A DNA stretch of 64,000 nucleotides from Tubulanus polymorphus. Its lineage: Eukaryota; Animalia; Nemertea. Below the pieces are notes generated by a model, which saw only the letters and a list, made by a program, of their open reading frames with translations, was not told the origin of the DNA and ran no database searches. Location of the stretch: positions 17,367,653 to 17,431,652 of the forward strand of contig NC_134028.1 in NCBI RefSeq assembly GCF_964204645.1, written 5' to 3'. The translations under genes and the position numbers were made by a program. Shown here piece by piece: positions 36,694 through 47,548 of the stretch (position 1 is its first letter; every line of letters begins with the position of its first letter).

Positions 36694-37941
36694 CTAATAC
36701 ATAACACTATCTAATTGTGAATTTACAATATTTAATTGCGCGTCAGATATAATATAAATATGCATTTTAAAATTTTTGATTCCTTTTTTCTTTGTTATGA
36801 ATAATTGGATCCCATCTTTTGTATTTTGTAATTTTTTCCCAGAACCATGTAATAAGTTATCTTCAGTTGTTCTAAAATCTAACCATAATGCATATTTATT
36901 ACCGGTATAATAATCAATTTGATTAATATTACAATTTTCAAATGATTTTACTTTTTCATTCATAAAATGTTTTTTAATTTCTACCCATTGATCAATCATT
37001 CTCATTCCTTGACAAAATATTTTATTTGCTATACCTTCAATAGTTATTTCTACTTTTGTTATTTCAGGATAATAATAATTATCAACATTTATTGCGCCAT
37101 TAGTATACGTTCCAATGGTAAAAAATATTAATATACCTTTAATAGATCTTCTAGGGAAGTTAATATTCTCATTAATTATTTCATCATTTGCATTAATAGT
37201 TACAGTTTTAAATTTATCAATATAATCATATAATAATGAAAACCCTTGATTATATTTAGTTTGAATTATACTTGAAATATTTTCATCAGTTACTGTATCA
37301 TATTCTAAACATATATTCGATAATTTATAACTCATATCTTTATTAACGCTAGATAATACAATTTCATTAACAGGAGCAAATGTTATCTCAAATATAATAT
37401 CTTCTTGAATTGCGTATTTATATAAAGGTGCATTATTATTTATCAATTCAAAGTCTAATGGAATTTTATATTTGCTTCCATATATACTTTTTATCAATTT
37501 ATCTACATCATTTGTTAATATTGCGCTATTAGCTTCTGATCTTAATTTATTTTGGTTTTCTGATTGAATTCCTTGAAATATCATATTATTTCTATTTTCT
37601 TTAGTTAACCATAAATCTTTATAATGCATAAATAAATTATAATCATCTAATGAGAAAACTGTTTCTGGACCAATCTTTATTGTTAACTTTTTAATCAAAT
37701 ATCTTCCAACATTATCAACAACATAATTATTATTATTACCGATTACTTTTATATCAGCTGATAAATAAATACTGTTTGGAACATAAAAAGTATTTTGTGT
37801 TAATCTCGGAATTCTAACATATAAAGTTTCATCGGGATTAATATTTGAAGGGTTATGAGTAATTATATGATGTGATCTTTCTGCTTTAATAGCGTTAGAT
37901 ATTCTAGAAATCTTCGAAGGACTTATATAACTCCCACTCAT
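36694..37941 (-). CDS. Major capsid protein (double jelly-roll, inferred), 415 aa
   Basis: Size and motifs THNPSNINP...VRIPRL, VVDNVGR.LIKKL, Y..YKDLWL, CLEYDTV and ALWLDFRT..D..LHGSG, typical of Maverick capsid proteins. Confidence 0.8.
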   Translation of the reverse strand: MSGSYISPSKISRISNAIKAERSHHIITHNPSNINPDETLYVRIPRLTQNTFYVPNSIYLSADIKVIGNNNNYVVDNVGRYLIKKLTIKIGPETVFSLDDYNLFMHYKDLWLTKENRNNMIFQGIQSENQNKLRSEANSAILTNDVDKLIKSIYGSKYKIPLDFELINNNAPLYKYAIQEDIIFEITFAPVNEIVLSSVNKDMSYKLSNICLEYDTVTDENISSIIQTKYNQGFSLLYDYIDKFKTVTINANDEIINENINFPRRSIKGILIFFTIGTYTNGAINVDNYYYPEITKVEITIEGIANKIFCQGMRMIDQWVEIKKHFMNEKVKSFENCNINQIDYYTGNKYALWLDFRTTEDNLLHGSGKKLQNTKDGIQLFITKKKGIKNFKMHIYIISDAQLNIVNSQLDSVMY

Positions 37942-37986
37942 TTATTTAACAAAAAAAATTAATTATTTATTTTTTGATATCATGGT

Positions 37987-39660
37987 TTACTTGATATTTT
38001 TTGATATCATATTTACTAAACCAAAAATAATAGCACTTACAACCGTAATTAAAAATAAAATAATATGTTCAGCAGCAAAGTTAATAATGTTTCCTGCAGA
38101 TTTCAATATAAAACCAACAATTGAAGCAATAACTCCTGGTAGTGCTGCAGCAGATTTCTTTGATAGTTCCCATAAATATTTTGCTAATTTCTTTAAACCA
38201 TCTTTAACTTTATCTTGTATAGAATTATTATCATTCGGGGGTTTATCCGGTTTATTTGGAGTAGGAGTAGATTTCAAAGCATTTGATATTGCTAAACCAA
38301 TTGTTGTAAATAACATAGTTACAGCTGTTAGAATTGAAAGAATTGTTATTCCTTCTAACTTAAATAATAACTTTATTCTGTCTTTTAATGATATTTCAGA
38401 ATTTGGTTTTATCAACAAATCTTTAAAAATAACTTTTAATCTATTAATATTATAATCATATGATTTTAATAATGATTTAATTTCTTCTTTTTGTAATTCT
38501 ATGTTATATTCTAAATCATCTTTTTCTTTTTCTAAATATGCATTTCTTTTTTTAAATTCAATTTCTTCAATAACTTTATTATCTCTATCTAATTTTAGTT
38601 GTTCTATTTCTTTATTTTTATCAGTTAATTCTTTTTCTAAAGTTCTAATCTTAAAATCTCTTATACTTTTATCATGCGCAATTTTATCAGCTGATTCTTG
38701 CATACCTTCAATTTCTCTACGTGTTTGTTCAGGAAATGCTTCTAATTCATCATCAGTTAAATCAAATAATCCTTTTTCTAGTAAATATTGCAGTCGATTT
38801 ATTCCAGTACTATTCATTTCTTCTTCTGAATCACTTAATCTATTAATTTGTTTTTCTAATTGTAATTGTAATTGTAATTGACTTGAATCATTATCAATTG
38901 GTTGAGTGTCTCTTCTCGATGTTTCGGGTGTTGAAGATCTTAATTTATCTAATCGATTTCTATTCTCTTCCATTTCTGGATCAAAATCAGTAGGATTTGG
39001 ATTTTTAAATGGTGAATATTTGTTTATATCAATATTAGGAATTGGTTCTTCTTCATTTACTCTATCGAGTGCATTCCATATAATTCTGAGAAATTCTCTA
39101 CCACCTTTTGAACTTTCAATTGTAGATGTTGCTCGCATTCCAGGTTCAAAAATATTTTCTTGACCCATTCTAGATAATTGAATTGATACGGTATTCCTAT
39201 TTAATTCAAGATTATAATACCATGCATCATTTTTAAATTCTAAATTATTTGTGAAATATGGGTCATCTTTAAAAATTTGTTCTACAACATCTTCAGTATC
39301 AATTTCATCTATTACAACTTTTGGTAATAATTCGTTAACAATTGTATCTGTTACTCTAGATTTCATTCTATATAATTCCATAGGTTTATCAGGATATTTT
39401 TCTTGTTCTTTTACTAATAGTTCCATAAATTCTTTTCTTTCTCTTCTAGTTGAAATTCTACCCCTTTCAGGAGCTTCTAAATATTTATTTAATTTTTCAC
39501 GTAATTCGGAATCATCATCTTCACCTAAATTAGTATTATATGCTGATTCATCATTATTATCAATATTAGTTTCTACATCATTATAATCATCATCAATATA
39601 TCCTTCATTATTATTTCCCATTTCTCCCATTTCATAATCTTCTCCACCTTCTACATCCAT
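37987..39660 (-). CDS. Acidic/coiled-coil protein with C-terminal hydrophobic helices, 557 aa
   Basis: Heptad-rich centre, then GITILSILTAVTMLFTTIGLAI and AAALPGVIASIVGFILK segments. Confidence 0.82.
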   Translation of the reverse strand: MDVEGGEDYEMGEMGNNNEGYIDDDYNDVETNIDNNDESAYNTNLGEDDDSELREKLNKYLEAPERGRISTRRERKEFMELLVKEQEKYPDKPMELYRMKSRVTDTIVNELLPKVVIDEIDTEDVVEQIFKDDPYFTNNLEFKNDAWYYNLELNRNTVSIQLSRMGQENIFEPGMRATSTIESSKGGREFLRIIWNALDRVNEEEPIPNIDINKYSPFKNPNPTDFDPEMEENRNRLDKLRSSTPETSRRDTQPIDNDSSQLQLQLQLEKQINRLSDSEEEMNSTGINRLQYLLEKGLFDLTDDELEAFPEQTRREIEGMQESADKIAHDKSIRDFKIRTLEKELTDKNKEIEQLKLDRDNKVIEEIEFKKRNAYLEKEKDDLEYNIELQKEEIKSLLKSYDYNINRLKVIFKDLLIKPNSEISLKDRIKLLFKLEGITILSILTAVTMLFTTIGLAISNALKSTPTPNKPDKPPNDNNSIQDKVKDGLKKLAKYLWELSKKSAAALPGVIASIVGFILKSAGNIINFAAEHIILFLITVVSAIIFGLVNMISKNIK

Positions 39661-39676
39661 TTACATAATAAAAAAA

Positions 39677-41065
39677 TTAAAATTTAAAATATAATATTCC
39701 TCCGATTACAATTCCTATACAAGTTATAGCTAATTTAGTATTTTCATGGGATTTATTATCATCATTTTGTTTAATTATATCATGTTGAATTTTATCAGTT
39801 CTATTATTTTCTGATGTATTGTAATCTTTTATTTTAGAATCATTATTTAATTTAATATTCTTAGTTTTAGTTTCTGTTGATTGAATATGTTTTTTATTTT
39901 TTTCACCTTCCATTAATTTTGGAGCAGTAATAATCTTTTTATTTATATCATTTAATCCAAATGAATTATTTATTGTTGCAGTTTTAATTAGATTATTATA
40001 ACCAATTATGTTTCCCATCTTTAATACTAAATCATTAGAAATAATTAATAGATTAGGGCCTATACAATAATTTAGTCTTACATGAGATTTATCTAAATAA
40101 TTTTGATATCTTATAATGTTTTCTGGAATCGATCTATTTTTATCATTATGTATGGAATCTTCAAATAAAACTTTAAATTGTTTTTGTGTATCGAATGATG
40201 TATTCAAATTTCCAATTATCGGTGATCTTGTTTCAACTTGTGATCCTAGAATACATATCAAATAAGTTCTAATAGATTGATTTATTCTTTCTATACCTGA
40301 TTTAGTAAAACCTTCACTATTTTCTAAAATAAAATATACCCAACCATTATTGTTTTCTTGTTTTAAATTATCATCAAATTTCGGTAATTTATTAAAATTT
40401 AATGTTTCTAAATCCTTAGTTTCTATTTTACCATAACCTAATTTATTATTATAGATATTATAAAAACTATTAGATGGTATGGGAAGTGCACAATATTCTG
40501 CAATCTTTTTAGGGCAAGGAAGTGATCTTATTGTTCCAATTTTTGTTCTAAAATCAGAATTATTCATATCTATATTAAATTCATTACAAATCTTATAAAA
40601 CTTAGATAAATTAATATTATTATCCAATTCTTTGAAATATCTAGATCCTGGTAAAGCACACTCTAATTCATTTAATATTATTCTGATTTGAAAGTATGTA
40701 TGAAATCTAAATAAACTTTGAATTAATTTATATTTAGAATTATTCAAATGATCATTCCAACTAATTCCACATCCTGTTGTTGCACAATAAACAGCAAAAT
40801 TTAATTGATTCTGCCAATACTTCATATTAGATTTTAATAACCATTGTTTTTCATCTTTCAATTTTTTAAAATTAATTAAATATACATGAAATATATTTTC
40901 CATCTTTGCATTAAAATTATTAGTTTCAGTAACATAAATATATAAATCAATTAATGAATCTAAAACTTCATTTCTATATGTAATATCTTTATTAAAATCT
41001 ATTGCTGGAATATTATATTTAATTGATTTATTATATCGGAAAGCTTTTGGAAAACTATCTACCAT
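39677..41065 (-). CDS. Polinton conserved hypothetical protein, 462 aa, C-terminal TM
   Basis: WQNQLNFAVYCATTGCGIS and FRFHTYFQIR motifs, C-terminal LAITCIGIVIGGILYF. Confidence 0.82.
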   Translation of the reverse strand: MVDSFPKAFRYNKSIKYNIPAIDFNKDITYRNEVLDSLIDLYIYVTETNNFNAKMENIFHVYLINFKKLKDEKQWLLKSNMKYWQNQLNFAVYCATTGCGISWNDHLNNSKYKLIQSLFRFHTYFQIRIILNELECALPGSRYFKELDNNINLSKFYKICNEFNIDMNNSDFRTKIGTIRSLPCPKKIAEYCALPIPSNSFYNIYNNKLGYGKIETKDLETLNFNKLPKFDDNLKQENNNGWVYFILENSEGFTKSGIERINQSIRTYLICILGSQVETRSPIIGNLNTSFDTQKQFKVLFEDSIHNDKNRSIPENIIRYQNYLDKSHVRLNYCIGPNLLIISNDLVLKMGNIIGYNNLIKTATINNSFGLNDINKKIITAPKLMEGEKNKKHIQSTETKTKNIKLNNDSKIKDYNTSENNRTDKIQHDIIKQNDDNKSHENTKLAITCIGIVIGGILYFKF

Positions 41066-41081
41066 TTATATAATTAAAAAA

Positions 41082-41366
41082 TTAATAATTTATTAATTCT
41101 TTTAATAATTTATCTTGTTCTTCAACTGTTATATGACCATTTAAACTTATTATATAATCTAGTGTATTCTTTAATTTATTAATTTCTTTTATATTAGTTT
41201 TAATTTTTTCTTTATTACTTTTTATATTTAATTTTGAACTTATACCAGTTAAAACACTTGAACTTAATCCTAACACACCAATTGATATAGCTAAAGGTGT
41301 TAATGGACTGAATATTGCTAGAAATGTTATTACAGAACTAATTGTAACCGAACCACTTATAATCAA
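41082..41366 (-). pseudogene. 3' remnant of a membrane-protein gene (5' end apparently deleted)
   Basis: Hydrophobic ORF with no ATG/TAAATG start, abutting the truncated tail of the upstream gene. Confidence 0.55.
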
Positions 41367-41403
41367 ATAATATATAATTTTACTTTTTAAATATTTTATT
41401 ATA

Positions 41404-41768
41404 TTATATTATTTCATATTTCTGTTGTTCTTTACTTGGGGTATAATAATCTGATAATTTAGGTTTGTATAGATGTAATTTTTCTTTATTTGTTACTGCG
41501 TTATATAAACTCATTGCATCATCAACTGAAAATCTCTATGTGAAATCTTCTGATCATATAATTCTTTATTGATGTAATCCATATAGTTTTGTCTCTTTTC
41601 TCTATATTCTTCTGCAGCTTTATTGTATTTCTCTAACGCTAAGTTATGTCTTCTTTGTTCTCCTAATGAACTATTTTTATCAATATGTTTAAATAAATAA
41701 CCACCACCAGTAAATGCTAAAGCGTTAACAATTGCCGATCCTATAATAGTTATAATTGCAGAAGCCAT
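41404..41768 (-). pseudogene. Polinton small protein (MAS...NALAFTG...RRHNLALEK) with a frameshift at ~41530
   Basis: After RDF the shifted frame continues VDDAMSLYNAVT...PKLSDYYTPSKEQQKYEII. Confidence 0.7.
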
Positions 41769-41793
41769 TTATTTAGCAAAAAAAATTATGTAT

Positions 41794-42015
41794 TTATATG
41801 GGAGGAATATATTTTTGTTTTTCCAAATAATCAATAGTTAAATTAGATAAAGTAACTGCTAACGTTAATTTCAAAATATCATTTATATCAAATCTATCAA
41901 CATTAACACTTCCCATTTTGAATACTTTTTTTAATACCATTGAATAACCAACAGTTCCAACTGATAGTAATGCGCCATTATATAATCCAGTTATTATCCA
42001 CTTATTATCACTCAT
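41794..42015 (-). CDS. Small hydrophobic Polinton protein, 73 aa
   Basis: Two hydrophobic segments, TAAATG start, homologous copy at 48908-49105. Confidence 0.75.
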   Translation of the reverse strand: MSDNKWIITGLYNGALLSVGTVGYSMVLKKVFKMGSVNVDRFDINDILKLTLAVTLSNLTIDYLEKQKYIPPI

Positions 42016-42357
42016 TTATTTATCAAAAAAATTACTATCTTCAAAATATTTAGTTAACTTATTTATGATTAATTCAACATTTATTTTATTACTAGTTTTA
42101 TGATTATCATATATTTTGGATAATATGTTTTTAATATCTTCAATAATTCCATCTTCATTTAATTCATAATATTCTAAAGGTGATTTAATTAAATCAATTA
42201 CTTTTTCTATATTATACTTTTCTTTATCAATCATTGATGCATTGTTAAATGATTTACTTTTTATATCAGTAATTACATCATTTAGTTTAATTCTCATTTC
42301 TTTACCATGTTTAAAATCAAACCCAAAACATATACTCGGTCCAACAGTTATATTCAT
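42016..42357 (-). CDS. Polinton hypothetical protein, 113 aa
   Basis: TAAATG start. Its stop codon abuts the next ATG. Confidence 0.7.
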   Translation of the reverse strand: MNITVGPSICFGFDFKHGKEMRIKLNDVITDIKSKSFNNASMIDKEKYNIEKVIDLIKSPLEYYELNEDGIIEDIKNILSKIYDNHKTSNKINVELIINKLTKYFEDSNFFDK

Positions 42358-42374
42358 TTATATAGTGAAAAAAA

Positions 42375-43098
42375 TTACTCTTTACATCTTATAACTAATT
42401 CATAAATTACAGGGAAATTATTTAAATCAATTAAGTATCCATTATGATTTCTAATTTCTAATCTAAAATTATTAAAACTAGGAATGCATTTGCGTTCCAA
42501 ATTCTTTAACATTTTTTAATGGTAAAATATTTAATATACTAGAATTACATGTTGTATCTTTAGTTGCTTCAAATGTTTTTGTTGGGTCAATTAAATTGCA
42601 ATAAATATAAAAATGTGTAAAAGGTATTATATTTGAAATACCTTCTACGTTTACTGTAACAACATCTGGTTCAATTCCTAGCAATTTAGCTATAGGTTTT
42701 TTTACCATAAATGCATGTTGACTTTCATCAAATACCTTTATTTTAATTCTATTTGAGCTATCACTTTTTATAAATCTTATTAAAAATTTATCATCTTTTC
42801 TAATTTTCAACCGTGCTCTACGATTAATTTCTTGAGATAATGTTTCTAAATTATATAATCCTGGTCTTAGAAATAGATGAAACCATTTATTTATATTTCT
42901 AATATGAATTAAAAAAGTATTATGTTCAATAGTTTTATTCGATATATTATAAAAAGAATTACATAAACTTATATTTACTAATTTTAAATCTACACAATTC
43001 TTGAATTCTCTATCTAATTGTACTAATAAATTATGAGATTTATAATTTGTAAGTTTTCTAGAATCTACAAATATTCTGTATTCTTTTAATTCTACCAT
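42375..43098 (-). pseudogene. Minor capsid (penton-like) protein with a frameshift/deletion near 42480
   Basis: IFVDS...NSFYNI...N.F...LRPGLYNL..L...IN...YIYCNLI...IL..LP. The shifted frame gives the expected tail FRLEIRNHNGYLIDLNNFPVIYELVIR. Confidence 0.72.
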
Positions 43099-43113
43099 TT
43101 ATTTTACATATTT

Positions 43114-43455
43114 TCATTCAAAATCAATATCGTGGTGCCCTTTTTCATTCTTACCTTTGTATACGAAATAGAAATCTCCAGAACATAATTCTTCTGGATC
43201 TTCACTTGATAATCTATGAAATCTATCTGGTAAATAAGTTCTGAATTTATATTTATTTCCTTTTAATCCTTCATATTCTAAATGAATTACTAATTTATCT
43301 CCATATTTATTAGTAATTGTTTCAATGTTAGTAATTAAATATTTCTTGTGAATTGTTAACTCAGTTAGTTTTTTAAATTTATAATCTACAGATTTGACGC
43401 TTGAAGTATCTTTAATTCTATCTAAGAATTCACTGTGTACTTGTTTACTCTCCAT
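43114..43455 (-). CDS. 113-aa protein, possible OB-fold ssDNA-binding protein
   Basis: FKKLTEL...Y.I...T.KYG...LPDRF pattern, next to pPolB. The fold is an inference. Confidence 0.6.
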   Translation of the reverse strand: MESKQVHSEFLDRIKDTSSVKSVDYKFKKLTELTIHKKYLITNIETITNKYGDKLVIHLEYEGLKGNKYKFRTYLPDRFHRLSSEDPEELCSGDFYFVYKGKNEKGHHDIDFE

Positions 43456-43483
43456 TTATTATACAAATTTTTATTGAAATTGA

Positions 43484-46400
43484 TTAACACGCTAGAATCC
43501 TTTTCATAATCTCATTTTCTTTTGTTTCTTCTCTTTTGAATTTTATATATTCATCTAAATTGCAACCATAGGCGACTGTGTGGATTCCATCATCTAAAAT
43601 ATATCTTTTATCATCAAATGGATTCAAACTTATCTTCTCTATCTCTTCAATATACATTTCATGATCTTCAGATCTTAAACATTTCATCTTATGTTTTCTA
43701 ACTTCTTCATTAAATATACAATTGATGTAATCTTTGAAATGAATATTCTTTTCTACTACACTTTTGGTTATTCCTTTTAACTTTTTAGCTTCATGTTCTT
43801 TAGTTTTATATGAATACATTTTAGATCTAATACCTATGAACTCTATCATTTCTTCACCACCTAATTCATCCTTAAACTTCCCAGGAACTTTTTTATTATC
43901 ATTGGTAAACAATTCATGATTTTTTGGATAATTACTAAAATCAAAATGGTGTTTTAATGTTTTTAAATCATCTGTTATGTTATCAGTTTTTATCTTTAAT
44001 ATGTAAGAATCTGTATCAAAATATAAGATTTCTATGTGTTTTTCTCCAAAATGAGGTTGTAATATATTATAATAGAATTCATACATTAGTAATTTTGATA
44101 ATTCTAAAACTGCAGCTCCAACATAAATCGGTTTATTAAATTTCATAGAAGTTCTTTTTAATTTAACTGCTGCTAAATTTTCATCGAATATTCTATTACC
44201 TATAAATTTCGGATACGATTGTAAATGTCTAATTCTTTTACCATTACTAACTAACTCAATATCATTTCTATTTCTTATGTTTTCACATGTTTTTCCATAG
44301 AATGCATTATTCATTAACTTAAAAAAATCTTTTTCAAAATCAGTTTTAGATTTAGTTCTCTGTGTAGTATTAAAATCTATATATTTTTCTAACCATTTAG
44401 ATTGACTGAATGAAATATATCTATGTACTTTTTTTAATATCATTCCTTGTCTCAAATAAAACTTCAACATTCTATAATGCACAACGTAATTATATTTATC
44501 TTCTTGAGTTACCATTAACTTTTCAGTATGAATATGATTATCAGGTTTAATTCTTTTTTGATAATTTGATAATTCTTCATGTTTAACAGTTTTATGTTCG
44601 GGACAGTAAGCTAGATTTCTAGATTTGAATTTAATATTTTCAGGATATTCTAAATCTACAACAAAGAAGTAACCAGTATCTGAATCATCTGCAATATCTA
44701 GGATTCTTTTCTTCCAATCAAATTTATCAATTTGTAAAACTTCAGTTATTTCAAACATCCCATAAGGTTGTGGTTCCATCATTGCCCAACCATAAAGATT
44801 ATTTGCATCTATGTATAATAATTTATATCCAGGATTATCATTTACATTGAAATATCTATCACCCAATACACCTGAAACACCTCCTCTTATAGATTTTTCA
44901 AATAATAATAATTGATCTATATTTGTTAACAAATCCATTTTTATATCTGTAAATTTTAATCCACAATCCCATGTTAATCCCGGTGATGAATAACAATGAC
45001 AAGGATCAATATTGAAATATTTTAGGTTTACATCTCTAAACCTTTCGAATATATCGGTTAATAATAATACATCTGATTTTAAATATAAATCTACTAATTG
45101 CCCATGATTTTCTATTTTGAAATGATTCCAAATATTCAATGTTCTATTATATACTTCATCTTTAACATATTCATTTTTTAATTCATCATAAAATTGTTCT
45201 TTCAATAATTCAGTTATTTTAAAATCATTATGATTTTTATAGAAAGAATATGGAATCGCTCCTTTATATCTCATTAATTGGAAATCATCATTATTTGGGT
45301 AATATTCTTTTAATATTTTTAATTCATCATCAACTAATGATTTTGATAAGTTATCTAATGAACTACTTAAAAATCTATATGAATCTATAAATCTTAGACA
45401 ACCAAATTGGAATGATATATAATTCTCAGATGTTTTAGCTAACATTCTAAATTTATAAGTTGGTATTTTATCTTTTGATCTATTTGAATTTAATATTTCT
45501 ATTTCATTATTGATTTCTTCTATTTTATGACATAACTGTTTGATAAATAAATGTGCATCATATCCTGATAGATTATGAAATATAACTGGTACAAAATTAA
45601 TTTTCTTAGCTTGTAAGTTACAATTCTCATGTGCAGCGCCTCTAAACTTTCCATTCAAATGATCATGGTCTCTTACTTTTTTATCAGATGAATAGAATAC
45701 TTGATTACAATAATAACATTTATCTGCAAACGCAAATTCTTCTTTATCTTCTTCTGTCATTATAATTTCTATATTTTTATTTAACTTTTCATTAAATCTT
45801 ATTTCATATTCAATTAATAAGTCACAAAAATGATTGATAACATTTTCATTTCTGTAATGATAATATTCACTTTCAATTAGTTCTGGATAATCAGATTTAA
45901 TATATAACCCGAAAGCAGCAGCTGATTGATGAATCTTTTTAATAGTATTTGTTATTGGTGGTTCATCTGAATAATCACTTTCATTAGAATTTAATTTCTT
46001 TCTTTTATAATATATATCTTTTCTATCTTTATCTGTTAATTCTTTATTTAATGATTCAAAATCTCCATATATTACAAATGGTACTTTATTTTTGTAATCA
46101 TATTTTTTGAATCTTAAAATTTTATCCTTTTCATTTGGTAAAACTAATTTACAATAATCATGATTTTCACATAATTGTTTATGATTTAATAATGCACTTT
46201 CAGTTCTGAATTTATGTAAACATTTTCTACATAGATATATTTTATTATCAAAATCATTTTCTGATTTAAAAAATAAATCAATTCTTTTAATCCACATATA
46301 ATGATTCTCATAATATAGTATATCTATAACATCATTTGAATCATAATATTTTGATAGGTATAAATGTTCTAATGTATAATGTTTAATATTATTTCCTTTT

Positions 46401-47548
46401 GTATTTGGTAATTTGATTAAATCAAATACATTTATCTTTATATTATTATCTCTTTCTATCTTTGGGATGTCTTTAATTATAACAGGATACTTATCTATCT
46501 TATAATTATTTTCAAATGGTTTATAATGAGTTAATCTAAAACTATGTGTAATATCTTCTGTTGGATGTAAACAACTTATTATAGCCCATAGAAAACATTT
46601 ATCATCTTCATTTTGTACGTTTATAACAGCATTAGTTTTAAATGGTAGTTTGATATAACTCGATGCTTCAATATCTGGTTCTTTATAATATGATACATTA
46701 TTTTCATCTATTGGTTTTGATTTAGTTAACTTATTATATTTTGTGTTATAAACATGTAAAGTTATAAATATTATCTCATCAAATATTAAACCAGATCCTT
46801 CAAAATATTTCTCTTCTATTTTAGTTTTTACTTCATTATAACATTTATCTAATTTATCATCTATATGTTGTTTAGATATAATATGTTGTGAATGAGAATT
46901 TATATTATATATTGGTTTATCTTCAGATTTTATAAACTTTACTTTAACTGATATACTAATTTTAGGATATTCAACATCTGTAATTATTTTTATTATTTCT
47001 TTCATATTTTCTAAATGTTTTTTATTTTCTTCTATTGTTTTACTTTTATGAAATTTAAACTCGATAGCTGCTGGACCATTATCACTTTTAAATGCTTCGG
47101 TTATTTCTATATCTTTTTTATTATCTAATGAATTAATATAATTTCTTACATCTTCCATGTATGGTCTTTTATTGTTTGATTTATTTTTTATTCTTTTAAT
47201 TGTCTTCTGTTTCTTATCGTTATCATTATCAAAATAATCTTCACCTAAAATATCATTATTCTTATTTCTAATATGACTTATAGATTTTAAATGTTCTTTA
47301 TAATATCTTTTATCACTGAATGATTGATTACATGTATCACATTTGTATGTTTCTTTTTCATCCTTTAATTCTTCTAATTTATTTTCTAATATATCATCTT
47401 CATATTCTAGTTTCAATTTATTCTCTAAATGTGTTTTAGTTTTATTGTGTCTTGCTTTTTGGGATTTATCTATATCGATATTACATGTTGGACAGTAGTA
47501 CTTATTTGCTTCCATTTTAATACTATATTTTTTATTAACATTGAACAT
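43484..47548 (-). CDS. Protein-primed family B DNA polymerase (pPolB) with N-terminal zinc fingers and an embedded endonuclease-VII-like domain, intact
   Basis: ExoI YGDFES, HNLSGYDAH, CYYC...RDHDHLNGKFRGAAHENCNL, YIDANNLYG, KLMNNAFYGKT, YFDTDS. The start may be the second Met (47515). Confidence 0.96.
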   Translation of the reverse strand: MFNVNKKYSIKMEANKYYCPTCNIDIDKSQKARHNKTKTHLENKLKLEYEDDILENKLEELKDEKETYKCDTCNQSFSDKRYYKEHLKSISHIRNKNNDILGEDYFDNDNDKKQKTIKRIKNKSNNKRPYMEDVRNYINSLDNKKDIEITEAFKSDNGPAAIEFKFHKSKTIEENKKHLENMKEIIKIITDVEYPKISISVKVKFIKSEDKPIYNINSHSQHIISKQHIDDKLDKCYNEVKTKIEEKYFEGSGLIFDEIIFITLHVYNTKYNKLTKSKPIDENNVSYYKEPDIEASSYIKLPFKTNAVINVQNEDDKCFLWAIISCLHPTEDITHSFRLTHYKPFENNYKIDKYPVIIKDIPKIERDNNIKINVFDLIKLPNTKGNNIKHYTLEHLYLSKYYDSNDVIDILYYENHYMWIKRIDLFFKSENDFDNKIYLCRKCLHKFRTESALLNHKQLCENHDYCKLVLPNEKDKILRFKKYDYKNKVPFVIYGDFESLNKELTDKDRKDIYYKRKKLNSNESDYSDEPPITNTIKKIHQSAAAFGLYIKSDYPELIESEYYHYRNENVINHFCDLLIEYEIRFNEKLNKNIEIIMTEEDKEEFAFADKCYYCNQVFYSSDKKVRDHDHLNGKFRGAAHENCNLQAKKINFVPVIFHNLSGYDAHLFIKQLCHKIEEINNEIEILNSNRSKDKIPTYKFRMLAKTSENYISFQFGCLRFIDSYRFLSSSLDNLSKSLVDDELKILKEYYPNNDDFQLMRYKGAIPYSFYKNHNDFKITELLKEQFYDELKNEYVKDEVYNRTLNIWNHFKIENHGQLVDLYLKSDVLLLTDIFERFRDVNLKYFNIDPCHCYSSPGLTWDCGLKFTDIKMDLLTNIDQLLLFEKSIRGGVSGVLGDRYFNVNDNPGYKLLYIDANNLYGWAMMEPQPYGMFEITEVLQIDKFDWKKRILDIADDSDTGYFFVVDLEYPENIKFKSRNLAYCPEHKTVKHEELSNYQKRIKPDNHIHTEKLMVTQEDKYNYVVHYRMLKFYLRQGMILKKVHRYISFSQSKWLEKYIDFNTTQRTKSKTDFEKDFFKLMNNAFYGKTCENIRNRNDIELVSNGKRIRHLQSYPKFIGNRIFDENLAAVKLKRTSMKFNKPIYVGAAVLELSKLLMYEFYYNILQPHFGEKHIEILYFDTDSYILKIKTDNITDDLKTLKHHFDFSNYPKNHELFTNDNKKVPGKFKDELGGEEMIEFIGIRSKMYSYKTKEHEAKKLKGITKSVVEKNIHFKDYINCIFNEEVRKHKMKCLRSEDHEMYIEEIEKISLNPFDDKRYILDDGIHTVAYGCNLDEYIKFKREETKENEIMKRILAC

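Noticed and set aside
37982-39586. Plus-strand ORFs opposite the 557-aa Polinton gene
   Set aside because: Antisense shadows of a codon-biased real gene, with no motifs.
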